This document shows, piece after piece, positions 10,884 through 21,200 of a DNA stretch of 64,000 bases. The DNA is taken from the IMG/VR virus record IMGVR_UViG_3300042305_002284, positions 32,001 through 96,000 of that record; one strand, written 5' to 3'. Each line of letters starts with the position of its first letter. Within the stretch, counting starts at the first letter, position 1. Origin of the DNA: a virus. A model generated the notes under the pieces. It was not told the DNA's origin. It saw only the letters and a program-made list of their open reading frames with translations, and made no database searches. Made by a program: the position numbers and the translations under genes.

Positions 10884-11208
10884 ACCATGGGGAAGTTATG
10901 AAATTTTATTAGAAGATGATAAATGTAAAGTTAAAAAGATTATTGTACAACCTGGACAAAAGTTATCTCTTCAAAGCCATGAAAAAAGAAATGAGTTGTG
11001 GAAAATAATAGATGGCGACGGCGAAGTGACATTGAATCAAGAAATAAAACCAGTTTTTGTTGGAAGTGTGATACAAATACCAGCAAAAATGATCCACAGA
11101 ATTGAAAATGTTGGTAACAAACCACTTGTTTTTATAGAAATACAAACCGGACAATATTTCGGTGAAGATGATATAAAAAGATACGAAGACCTATATGGGA
11201 GAGCGTGA
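10870..11208 (+). CDS. Mannose-6-phosphate isomerase type II cupin domain (stand-alone)
   Basis: RPWG, LSLQSH...E.W, HRIEN and IEIQTGQYFGEDDIKR motifs. Confidence 0.9.
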   Translation: MNENRPWGSYEILLEDDKCKVKKIIVQPGQKLSLQSHEKRNELWKIIDGDGEVTLNQEIKPVFVGSVIQIPAKMIHRIENVGNKPLVFIEIQTGQYFGEDDIKRYEDLYGRA

Positions 11209-11209
11209 A

Positions 11210-11416
11210 ATGAAACTAAAACTATCAGATCAGTCACTGGGAGCCATTATGATGGCATTACAAAACAGCCTACTAACACAAACAGATATTGTCCCAGTGC
11301 TAAAAGGCTTTGAATTGCTATCAGACGAAAATGGAGAACTGGTTGTCAGTAATCCTCCAACATTTCGTGCTTCATTGCCAGAAGAAGACGATATGCCACA
11401 GTTTGTAAGTGAATGA
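11210..11416 (+). CDS. Hypothetical protein
   Basis: RBS GGAG, then MKLKLSDQ...; tightly packed between neighbouring genes. Confidence 0.65.
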   Translation: MKLKLSDQSLGAIMMALQNSLLTQTDIVPVLKGFELLSDENGELVVSNPPTFRASLPEEDDMPQFVSE

Positions 11417-11417
11417 T

Positions 11418-11672
11418 ATGCCAAGATATGCATATCATTGTGAAAAGTGTAGTGGTAGTTTTGAATACTACCACTCTCTTTCTGAAAAAAAGACCGTTTG
11501 TGAAGTTTGTAACGAACAAACCTTATTAAAAGTTCCATCTTTTGGTGGTATTATCAAAAAAGAAGTGCAACAAAAAGTTGGCGCCATAGTGGATAACTAT
11601 ATTGAAGAAGCGCGAGAAGAAATACGACGAGAAAAAGAAGAGCTAAAAAAAGTTGAGTATAAACCTGAATGA
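11418..11672 (+). CDS. FmdB-like zinc-ribbon protein
   Basis: MPRYAYHCEKC...FE...CEVC pattern. Confidence 0.8.
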   Translation: MPRYAYHCEKCSGSFEYYHSLSEKKTVCEVCNEQTLLKVPSFGGIIKKEVQQKVGAIVDNYIEEAREEIRREKEELKKVEYKPE

Positions 11673-12058
11673 TACTATTGATAATGTTATTGTTATTTTT
11701 TATTACTTCTACCATTTTGCTTGGTTGGTATTGTTATAAACTTACAAACAAACTTCTTTTTGTTTCCGAAAACATGGACGATCTATACGAAAGACTTGAA
11801 GAGTTTGACGAGCACATAAACTTTATTCATGAACTTGAAATGTATTATGGAGATGAAACTCTAAAAAATCTCATTCGTCATTCGCGCGATTTAAGAAACT
11901 ATATGTCAAAATACAAAGATATTATTGAGCTTGCTGGCGAAGAGGAAAATGATGACACAACAGAACAAGACAGCGAAACCGAAACAGAGGATAACAAGGA
12001 GGAGCAAGAAAAGTTCGTCTCCCCAGCAGGAAAAACAGTATTTTACCAAGGAACATGA
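11669..12058 (+). CDS. Hypothetical membrane-anchored protein with acidic tail
   Basis: N-terminal hydrophobic helix, coiled-coil-like middle and acidic C-terminus; ATGA coupling. Confidence 0.7.
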   Translation: MILLIMLLLFFITSTILLGWYCYKLTNKLLFVSENMDDLYERLEEFDEHINFIHELEMYYGDETLKNLIRHSRDLRNYMSKYKDIIELAGEEENDDTTEQDSETETEDNKEEQEKFVSPAGKTVFYQGT

Positions 12059-12701
12059 AGAAGCAATAATAGCATATACTCTTACAACAGATCCAAAAGT
12101 AAGACAAGACCTTTATCGCAGCCTTATAGGTCCAGCATTCAATGAAATGGTAAATAAAATAGTTTTTACATACAAGTTCAATACTCTTCCAAATATAGAA
12201 GAACTAAAAGACGAATGTAAAATATGGATCACCACAATATTAGACAAGTTTGATTCAGAAAAAGGCTCAAAGGCTTTTAGTTATTTTTCTGTAATAATAA
12301 AAAACTGGTTTATCCATAAAATCAAAAAAGTAAATCGTCAAAATAAAAAAGAAATGTTTCTTGACGAAATAACCGATAAAAACGAATATGAAAACGATAG
12401 TTTGCTTGTATATACAGAATATGAAACCACAAGAGAAGGTGAAGAGTTTTGGACCTATCTCTGGGGCGAAATAGAAGACTGGAAAGCATTAGACCTGAAG
12501 CCAAATGAAAAAAAGATATTAGATGCTATTTGTATATTGCTTGAAAACCCTGATGAAATAGAAATATTCAACAAAAAAGCAATCTATTTCTACATGCGCG
12601 AGATAACCGGTCTAAACACCAAACAGGTTGTCAACAGTCTAAACAAGATAAGACAAAAATACAAAGACTTCAAAAGAGAGTGGGATGATGGGGGAATGTG
12701 A
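11949..12701 (+). CDS. Phage RNA polymerase sigma factor (T4 gp55-like, probably late)
   Basis: QYFT..HEEAI..Y, region-2 motif LDKFDSEKGSKAFSYFSVIIKNWF and a C-terminal HTH-like segment; RBS GAGG before ATG 11949. Confidence 0.75.
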   Translation: MMTQQNKTAKPKQRITRRSKKSSSPQQEKQYFTKEHEEAIIAYTLTTDPKVRQDLYRSLIGPAFNEMVNKIVFTYKFNTLPNIEELKDECKIWITTILDKFDSEKGSKAFSYFSVIIKNWFIHKIKKVNRQNKKEMFLDEITDKNEYENDSLLVYTEYETTREGEEFWTYLWGEIEDWKALDLKPNEKKILDAICILLENPDEIEIFNKKAIYFYMREITGLNTKQVVNSLNKIRQKYKDFKREWDDGGM

Positions 12702-12727
12702 GATAACAAATATTTTTGTTTAGGAAA

Positions 12728-12735
12728 TATTTATT
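12728..12735 (+). promoter_or_regulatory. Putative late promoter motif (TATTTATT)
   Basis: Copy of the recurrent TATTTA(T/C)(A/T) intergenic motif, 3 nt before the ATG of the first gene of the structural block. Confidence 0.45.
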
Positions 12736-12738
12736 ATT

Positions 12739-13038
12739 ATGAAAAAGAAACTCTCTCGCGATGAACTCATACAGGTAGCAATAGATAACATAAACCAAGA
12801 TCGTGAATCGGCACAAGAACTGCTACAAGATGTTGCGTCCCACATTGGTCAACAAAAAGACAGATATGCTACTGTTGGCATGGTAGCAGCAAAATACCTT
12901 GAAACTCTTCAAAGATCAAACGAACAACTTGTAAAACTGATTGGCTTGATGAAGAAAGGCCAAGAGGACAAGTATGGCGACTTAGATCCAGCAGACAAAG
13001 AAAACCTCTATAACGAAATAGAGGAGACAGGTGAATGA
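12739..13038 (+). CDS. Hypothetical helical protein
   Basis: Clean ORF with backbone codon usage, coupled to the next gene (ATGA). Confidence 0.75.
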   Translation: MKKKLSRDELIQVAIDNINQDRESAQELLQDVASHIGQQKDRYATVGMVAAKYLETLQRSNEQLVKLIGLMKKGQEDKYGDLDPADKENLYNEIEETGE

Positions 13039-14288
13039 CAAACACCATACAAAGAAATAAGCCAAAAAAAACAACAAATACAGTTGCACCTGCCGAAATG
13101 CAGCATCCGTATGCTGTGCAAGATTCTGTTGTTCCTGGTGCTCGCAATCTAAGTGAAACAATAAAGCTTCTAAACCAAAAAGGTTTTTCAAAAACAGTAG
13201 AAAATGCTACTGTTTTAGAAGTTATAAGTCCTCCTGATTCACAAGATGGAAAAACAAAATACATTCTTCCACATTTGAATATGGCTGATGGAAAGTATCT
13301 TGAAGGATATCTTTGTAAAATAAGACTCCCAGAAGATGTTGGTTCATTACCAGATCCGGAAGATATGTTTGGCGATGAAATCGCTGGATCAAGAGAAGTG
13401 TTTGAAAAAACAACACAAAATCAAGAGCAAAAAAAAATAAAACTTATAAACTATTTTGAAGCAGTAGCAAATCATAAAACATTTGCTCCATTAGATCCAA
13501 AAAATACTAAAAGACCCAAACCAAACTCAAAAGTAAGAGTTTACTGTTTTAGCGAACCACACATGACTGCTGGAAGTTCAATAGAAGGTTTCTACGAAAT
13601 AATAGATCAAGACGATTCTATTTTTGAACCAGGAAAACTAAATGCTTTGCTTGCAGATTTTCGTAGTTTTATAGATACAACTCAAACAGTTGTTCAGTCA
13701 ACAACAAACAATATCACTTCTTTTGTAGCACAAGTTTTTTCTTCTCAATCACAAGTTTCATCCCAAGATTTAGAACACGAAGATGAAAGAGGGCAGGAAA
13801 CTAGCGGTCAAATATTGACAGACGGAGAAATGCTGTCTGAAAACTTTTCTCTACAACAACTCACTATAAGCAGAAGTTTTCCCAATATAGATAATGCTCC
13901 AAACGATCAACAAAAAGAAAATCTAAGACTTTTAGCGAATGATGTTTTGGAACCAATAAGAAGACAGTTTGGAGAGTTGATCATTACAAGCGCGTATAGA
14001 AGCCCAGAACTCAATCAAAAAGTTGGTGGTTCAAGAACTGGCGATCATCCACGGGGAATGGCAGCAGATATTGTTCCTGTAACGGGAACAAAAAATCTTT
14101 TAGAAGTAGCAAACTGGATAAGGGATAATCTTGCATTCAAGCAACTTATATTAGAAATGTGGCGACCAGAAGCAAATCGCGGATGGATACATGTTAGTTA
14201 TGATAAAGCAAACAATAAAAAACAAGCATTTGAAATGTATAAAGATGAAAACGGGCAAACAAATTCAAGACCGCTGAAAAAGGCGTAA
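13035..14288 (+). CDS. Putative baseplate hub (gp5-like N-terminus) with C-terminal M15A Zn-peptidase
   Basis: SENFSLQQL, ITSAYRSPELNQKVGG...DHPRGMAADI and GWIHVS are peptidase M15A motifs. It lies upstream of the spike, gp25 and gp6 genes. Confidence 0.75.
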   Translation: MTNTIQRNKPKKTTNTVAPAEMQHPYAVQDSVVPGARNLSETIKLLNQKGFSKTVENATVLEVISPPDSQDGKTKYILPHLNMADGKYLEGYLCKIRLPEDVGSLPDPEDMFGDEIAGSREVFEKTTQNQEQKKIKLINYFEAVANHKTFAPLDPKNTKRPKPNSKVRVYCFSEPHMTAGSSIEGFYEIIDQDDSIFEPGKLNALLADFRSFIDTTQTVVQSTTNNITSFVAQVFSSQSQVSSQDLEHEDERGQETSGQILTDGEMLSENFSLQQLTISRSFPNIDNAPNDQQKENLRLLANDVLEPIRRQFGELIITSAYRSPELNQKVGGSRTGDHPRGMAADIVPVTGTKNLLEVANWIRDNLAFKQLILEMWRPEANRGWIHVSYDKANNKKQAFEMYKDENGQTNSRPLKKA

Positions 14289-14291
14289 CAA

Positions 14292-15203
14292 ATGACCAAT
14301 AAAGCAGAAGAACAAATAAAGAAAAAGTCTCAACTTAGTGCACCTATTTGGGTAAATACAAATAGACCAGGTTCTTATAACAATGCTCCAAACGAACAAG
14401 TATTACAAACAGAACTAAATGCTACAATAATACTTGGAGGAGCAACTAAAAATACTCCTGATATAGCAAAAACAAAAAATACCGCCACAATAACACTTGT
14501 TGCCGGCATGTCTACGGCAATAAAAGGCAAACAACCTCCATTGGATGCTGGAAAGTTAGAACTCAGCAATAAGTTTTATTACGATTCAGCAGTAATACAA
14601 ATAAGTGAAGAAACAAATGTAGATTCAAACTTTGGAGCAAGAATAGTAGATATAAATGCTCAAAACGCTTCTGCTGTTGCAATAAAAGCAGACGAAGTAA
14701 GACTTTTTTCTCGTGGCTCTTGTAAAATAATAACAGGAATAGATCAGATGGAAAAAGATCAGATTACAAAAGATCCAAATGGTCCATCTCATCCAAATAG
14801 AGATTTTAGTGGCATTCACCTGATAGCGAATAACGCAGTTGATGTTGAAGAACAACTACACCCATTAGTTCTTGGAAAAAATCTCGAGGAATTTCTAAAC
14901 AAAGTATTAGATGAGATACAAAATATACATGGAAAAATAAAAGAAGTTTTTGATGCACAAGCAGTAATAAATCAAGCATTAAGAGATCATACTCATATTT
15001 CTGATTTTACTGCTTCTCCGCTACCGCCATGGACAGATCCAAAAATGTTGGCATCCGTTGAACAAGGACAGATAAAAATAAATACTTTGACTGAACTTGT
15101 TACAACTACAAAAACTATTCCAAATATTGAAAATCTGCGAAATAACTATTTAGTAAAAAATCCTAACAAGTATATAAACAGTTATTATAACAAAACAAAC
15201 TAA
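14292..15203 (+). CDS. Putative baseplate central spike protein (gp5-C/gpV-like)
   Basis: Beta-rich SAVAIKADEVRLFSR, PLVLGKNL helix start and HTH (HxH) metal-binding tip motif; gene context agrees. Confidence 0.55.
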   Translation: MTNKAEEQIKKKSQLSAPIWVNTNRPGSYNNAPNEQVLQTELNATIILGGATKNTPDIAKTKNTATITLVAGMSTAIKGKQPPLDAGKLELSNKFYYDSAVIQISEETNVDSNFGARIVDINAQNASAVAIKADEVRLFSRGSCKIITGIDQMEKDQITKDPNGPSHPNRDFSGIHLIANNAVDVEEQLHPLVLGKNLEEFLNKVLDEIQNIHGKIKEVFDAQAVINQALRDHTHISDFTASPLPPWTDPKMLASVEQGQIKINTLTELVTTTKTIPNIENLRNNYLVKNPNKYINSYYNKTN

Positions 15204-15211
15204 TGTGACAA

Positions 15212-18200
15212 ATGATGAAAAACACTATATCAACAAGTTTCCGGATTGACCTGTCTACTATTGACCAAAAAATTGATAAACTTATAAAATTTTTACAGAA
15301 CTCATCTATCGATCTAAAAGATAGTGGTCTTGTTTTCAAATATACCGAACCAACTTACGAAACTATTGTAAGTTCTCTGCAAAATAGAAAATATAAAGAA
15401 ACATTATCAGAGTTTATTGATAATATATATGTAAACAGATTTCAGAATACAAAGCAAAAACTAATACAACAAGGAGTTGCTACCGAAACTGATTTTGTTT
15501 TTCCAACTCCAATGGATGATTTTGGTTCAACCTTTGATGCTTTTGCGGCAACCAATACAGATCCAAATAACTCAATATTGAATATATTGAATGTAAGGCC
15601 GTATAGGTTTTTGCAGGTTGATATTTTTGATAAAGAAGAAATAGAAACTTATTCTACAAACGCAGTATCAGTCATTTATGATATAAATAAACTTACTTAT
15701 TCAGTAAGCGTTCTTGATACAATAACAACATCATATGTTGATTCCCTAAATTTCAATTTTTCTTTTCGCAATTTTGCAAAAGAAGTTGAAGAAAAAGTAT
15801 TATTTATAAAAACAAAAGCACAAATACAACAAGAACAACAACCATTATCTGAACAACCGGTTGGCGATGCCCCGCCAAGTCCAGATGCAGAAGAACAGCA
15901 AGAATTTTTATTTTCACTGACTGGTGTTGTTGCAGGTGCGAATAATGCAATACAACTTATAAACATATATAATGAATCTTCTTTTCAAGATAGAAATAAG
16001 TTGGTACCATCCGGCGCGCAACAACTTCTAACAAAGTATCCACGAAGTGAAATAGCAAGTGTTGTAGGGCAAGATTTATATGATAATCAAATAGCAAACT
16101 TCAACGCAGACAAACAATACGATAGTAAAACAATAGAAACAGCAAAAATAAAAATTATTGATTATATTCTAAAAAATGAAATACAGCAAGTTTTAGAAGA
16201 AAAAATAAGTGCAACAAAGTTTCTAAATGATTTTAGATCAAAATATACTAACTATAACTTTTTTGAAGGCAGATTATTTGGAGACGGAATATCAAAAATA
16301 CTGCCAAAAGAAGAACTATTTTTTCGCTTGACTTACTTGCGTGAAACAGAAAACATAATAGTTCAACAACAAGAGCAACTATTTTCCAATCTAAATGTTG
16401 AATTTATAAACAGACAGTTTGCCTCTTTGCAAAGCGCTTTTGGACCAACTCAAAGAAACGATAAATTTGTTGCGATGATAGGCGGAACAGATATTGCTTC
16501 AAGCAAAAATGAGGTTGCCTTCTTCCAGCCAACAATACTTTCAATAATATCAAATATTGATTTTATATCTCTCAATATAAATGAAATTGATCCATTTTAT
16601 TGTCCTGTTCCACAAAGTTTACAGCCAAGTTTTAATGCACAAAAAGCCAACCTAAGACCAAGCGAATATGATAAAAATAATATTCAAAAATTTCGCCACT
16701 ATGTGGAATCAAACCCGGCAGCATTTACCCATATCACATTCCCAGACAAATATTTTATTCCTAACTTTCTTCGCGGTGCAGAAGACTTTTATGAATCAAG
16801 CAAGCAAACACTAACAAAAAATAAAATGGAACAAACTATACTCAGGTATAGTAAATACTATTATTCTGACGATTCTGAAACTCCTGCTGCCAATATAATA
16901 AGAGATCAAAATATAAGCAAGTTGTTGCAAGACTCTTTGCTTTATAATGGCTTTGGTCCTTATAATGTAAAGAAAAATTCTTTTTCTGATCCACTATCAA
17001 TAAAGCCAATAATAAACCAACTAAACAACCTATCAGAGAATGCCGCAGCACAAATTCAAAGTATTGTGTTTGCCAGAACAAACATAGCGTGCCTTCTAAA
17101 AGAGTTCCAAACCTGTTTTATGCCTCAAATGGGAAACTGCCGAGACATACTGCGGGGTTTTCGTTTTACTGAATTACAGCAGGTTATAGAAAGAGCATTT
17201 CCAAGAAGTATTTATTCAACCCTGTATGTTTCAATAGAACAGTTTCTTATTGACAATGCCAAGGATGAAAGAGAAAGAGCATTATTACGACAAATAAAAG
17301 ATATAGAAAAACAACTAAAAGATAGCGATAGAAAAGCAGTGGCTTTTGCCGAAATGGATAAAAGAAAAGAACCAGCCGAGGCTCTAAATATTTCAGATCA
17401 ACAGGTCGCTATTGGTGAAACAAACCTATCTCTTGAAGAACTTTATCAACAAAAACTTCAAGAATATAAAGAACTAAAACTAAATCAAGAAACCGCAGAA
17501 ACAACACAGCAAGATAAAATTGCTGCAAGAAGACAAATGCAGCCAGATGAATTGCAGCAAATAGATCAGTTTCTTGACTTTCTTGAAGAAAGAGGTATAA
17601 ATACCGATATACTTTGTAGTTTAGTTGATCTTTTCAATATAAGTCCAACATTTGGAACCATAACCTTACCAGAACTACCTCAATTTGATATTTACTCCGA
17701 AGTAAAACTTGGAGTAAACCTTGCTGTTGCGCAACTTATTATTGACACCATTGTTGCTTTTATAGTAAAAATACTTGAAGAACTTTTGACCTGTGGTGGA
17801 ATAAAAAATCTGCTATCTGCTGCAATAACAGGAGAGGCAGGTGACAGTGTTAGTGGTGCAGCCGCAGCAGCACTCAATCAACTATCTCGTAGTAGATTTG
17901 ATCTTGATGAATTCGTTGAAAAAAACCCACAAGTTGATCCGAATATATATGCAAGAGGTATGTCTGATATTGTAAATCGTTTACCAGAAAGCGTTACGGC
18001 GGAAGAAAATACTGCTTTTTTCACAACATTAGACTTTGGTTTTGGTGGAGAAATAAAAGTTGATGCAAAGACAAGAGCGCAAAGTATTTTGTTGAGTCCA
18101 AAAGCCGTGGCAACAACAGAAACAGAAGTAAAAATTGCCTTGGTTGGCCTTATTGATTCTCTTGCTCGTTTTCTGTCTCCTAATCAATTTATGGAACTTG

Positions 18201-21200
18201 TATCGGGTAATGCTGAAAAAAATACCATAACACAAGTATCCACATACATACAACAAAACCAGCCACAACTATCTTACCTGTCATCGCCAAGTATTGTTAG
18301 AAGTATGTTCTCATACATAGGAAGAATATCAGGACTTGATTCGGTGAGAAATGAACTTTTATCTGTTTCTACATTTTATATTACAAACAGACCAAGACAA
18401 GAACAACTTGTCTGCTTGGACCCTACATCTACTGAAATAATAGATGACGATAGAACATTAGATGACGATGGAACGTCAACTATTGTTGACTTCATTCAAC
18501 CAACACCTGATGATAAATACCGAGAGTTATTGGAAGAACTGCTAACTGCAAGTCCTAATACTCTAAAAAATAAAGTAGATGAAGAAATATTCAAACCACT
18601 ACTGATGGGTATGTTGCCAAATGGTAAAAAACTATCGTCTGTTGATAAGGCAAAAAAAAGTATAATAAAATCCGCTTTTGATATAACATCTAATGAGTTC
18701 AAAGAAAAAACAAACGATCTTTATTCAAAATTGGTTTATAAAAAACAAGTAACAAGAGAAGTAGAAAAAATAAAAAAAATAAAAAATGAAGAAGGTCAAG
18801 AAAACCAAATAGAAAACGAAGAATATAAAGACCTGGTAAACAAAGGTGGATATACCCCTGACTACTCGCAGCCAATAAATGTTACTGAAAAGAAGTATGT
18901 TTATGGTGGCTTATTTACTGAAAACTTTATAAAGAGTTCTAAAAATCTTGATATCTCATCTTCATTAGAGCAACTAAAAGTTTCTCTAAATGGAAATGTT
19001 GGATATAAAGACGATCAAGAAGAGCAAGTAAACTCCTCCCTTGGAAAAAAATGGAAATTTGAAAATACAATAAACACTACCGGTAGTGTTTATAAGTTCT
19101 TTGAAAATAATAGAGAAAAGTTTTCTTATATAACACCAACAACAGAAGCAAATATCTTATCGCAAACTCGTAATACAAGACAACAGTTCAATGCAGAACT
19201 AAAACTCTCTGTTGGTTCGGCTACAAACGGCAACATAAACGACCTACTATTCCAACAATATACAAATAAAGCATATTCTGACTTTATTTCTTTGATATAT
19301 GAAAAAATAACAAGTTTTATATCAAAAGATGGCTTGTTGCAACCAATGAACCTGGCTTCAATGAGTGGCGAAAGTTATATAACCGGAATAAGCAACAATC
19401 TGGCAGGAATATTTCCAGGTTTTGAAAACATAGCAAGTGCACTTGCTAACTTGCCGCCCATGGTAAGTCCTTTTGTTGATACACCGATGAAATATATAAA
19501 TTTCAGCCCAAAGCCAACAAGAGAACAAAAAAACAATAACATTGATCCTTCGCTTTATGGAAAACTTGAAGTAGAGCAGTTGGTATATAATATTTTAGAA
19601 AAAAGAGAAAAAGAAATAATAAACTTGAAAACTCTTCAAGAAGCATTGAAGGATGACGATAATAATATAAACTTTTCTCTAATAGACGGAATGTATTTCA
19701 GTTTGATAAGAGGTATTTGCATTGAACTCACCATGAGAGCAATATTCCCTCTAAGAGTTTTCAAGTTTGATAAAAGTATTATTGAAGATTTGATGATGCC
19801 AACTTATGGTTCGGATATTTTGTATGCTGAGATACAGCAATATGCTAACTCAATAAATAAAAGCAGCATGGTAGAACTAACCCAAAAGCATATCGCATAT
19901 CTACATGACTTTGTTTATGAATCAAAAATGTCAGCAGAAGAAAATAGCAAACTTTTCACAGAAATAAATGAAATAAAATCAAAAATAGTAAAACTTGAAG
20001 AAGACAAAGATATTGTTAGTTCGTATTATGGAAAGTTTTATACAACCATAAACTTATCTCAACAAGATAGGGAATACAAACAAAAACTAACAACATATTT
20101 GTCCTGTCTCAAACAAGAAATAGCACATTACAAAGAAAAACTTTGTAAGTTGCAAATGCGCAACCTCATATACAATGAAATGGTTGTGGTGTTGGATAAA
20201 CTATCTTATCTAACTTCAACAAATGAAAAAGTTAGATCAGAACTTGGAGTTGAATGTCAAGAAAGAGATAACAACGAACAACAAGTAAGTTTACAAACAC
20301 TTATAACCGATGCTCTTCTTCGTTCATCATTGCACGAAGTAACTTCAATCTTGCCGGCTGGCAATCTTTCTCTAAATACAAAAAATGAAGGAGCATTTTT
20401 ATCTTTACAAGATAAAAAGTTTGCCAATAGTATCAATCTTATTTTGGAACACTATGTAGAAGCTCCTTTCATAAAGACACAATACTCCTCCCAAAGACAG
20501 GAACAAATACAAAGAAAAAGTTTTGGAGTTATTACATTTTTACAGTTCCAAACACTTATACAAGCACTGCAACTTCGTGAAGATGAAAATATTGCACAAT
20601 ATTTTTCTGGTCCTTTGAAGTATGGGATGAGAATGATTTATGCTCCAAGCACAGCAATAACACAAGAAACCTCTGTTGAATATAGTGATACTGAAGGCTT
20701 GGATGCAACTTACCAAAATATAAAAAATCAAAATAAAAATAAGTTTATTATATTTGGAGACAACAATCAGAAAAGTGGTCTTGATTTTGTTCTTCAAGAA
20801 CAAACTCCTATAAATGAATATCAAAAAACATATTCTATACCATATCTAACAAATGCTGACACCGAAGGTAAAAGAAAACTTGGCCTAATAAATGTTTTTC
20901 CAATAGTGACAGAAGTTTTGGAACTATCCAGTATTGGCGTATCAACTGTTTCTCAGACAAAAGAGTTTATTACAGCCGTAGCAAATACGGATTCAAATAG
21001 ATACACCGATCTTTTGAAAGTAAGACTAAACTGTAACGGAAAACTAGCAAACTTCTACAAACTTCTCACAAACAACAATCTACTTTCAAATATGATGATT
21101 TTTTCAAGCATTGGAATACTTGGAAACGAAGAGATAAAACTAAACTTCTCGTCTCCAAGAACAAAGTTGATGAGTAGAATAGTAACAAAACTAACCTATA

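Noticed and set aside
1-11208. Bacterial O-antigen/capsule locus (prophage boundary or chimeric contig)
   Set aside because: No wzx/wzy/wzm or initiating phosphoglycosyl transferase. The flanking GT4 and cupin genes share the phage backbone word usage and are coupled to phage genes.
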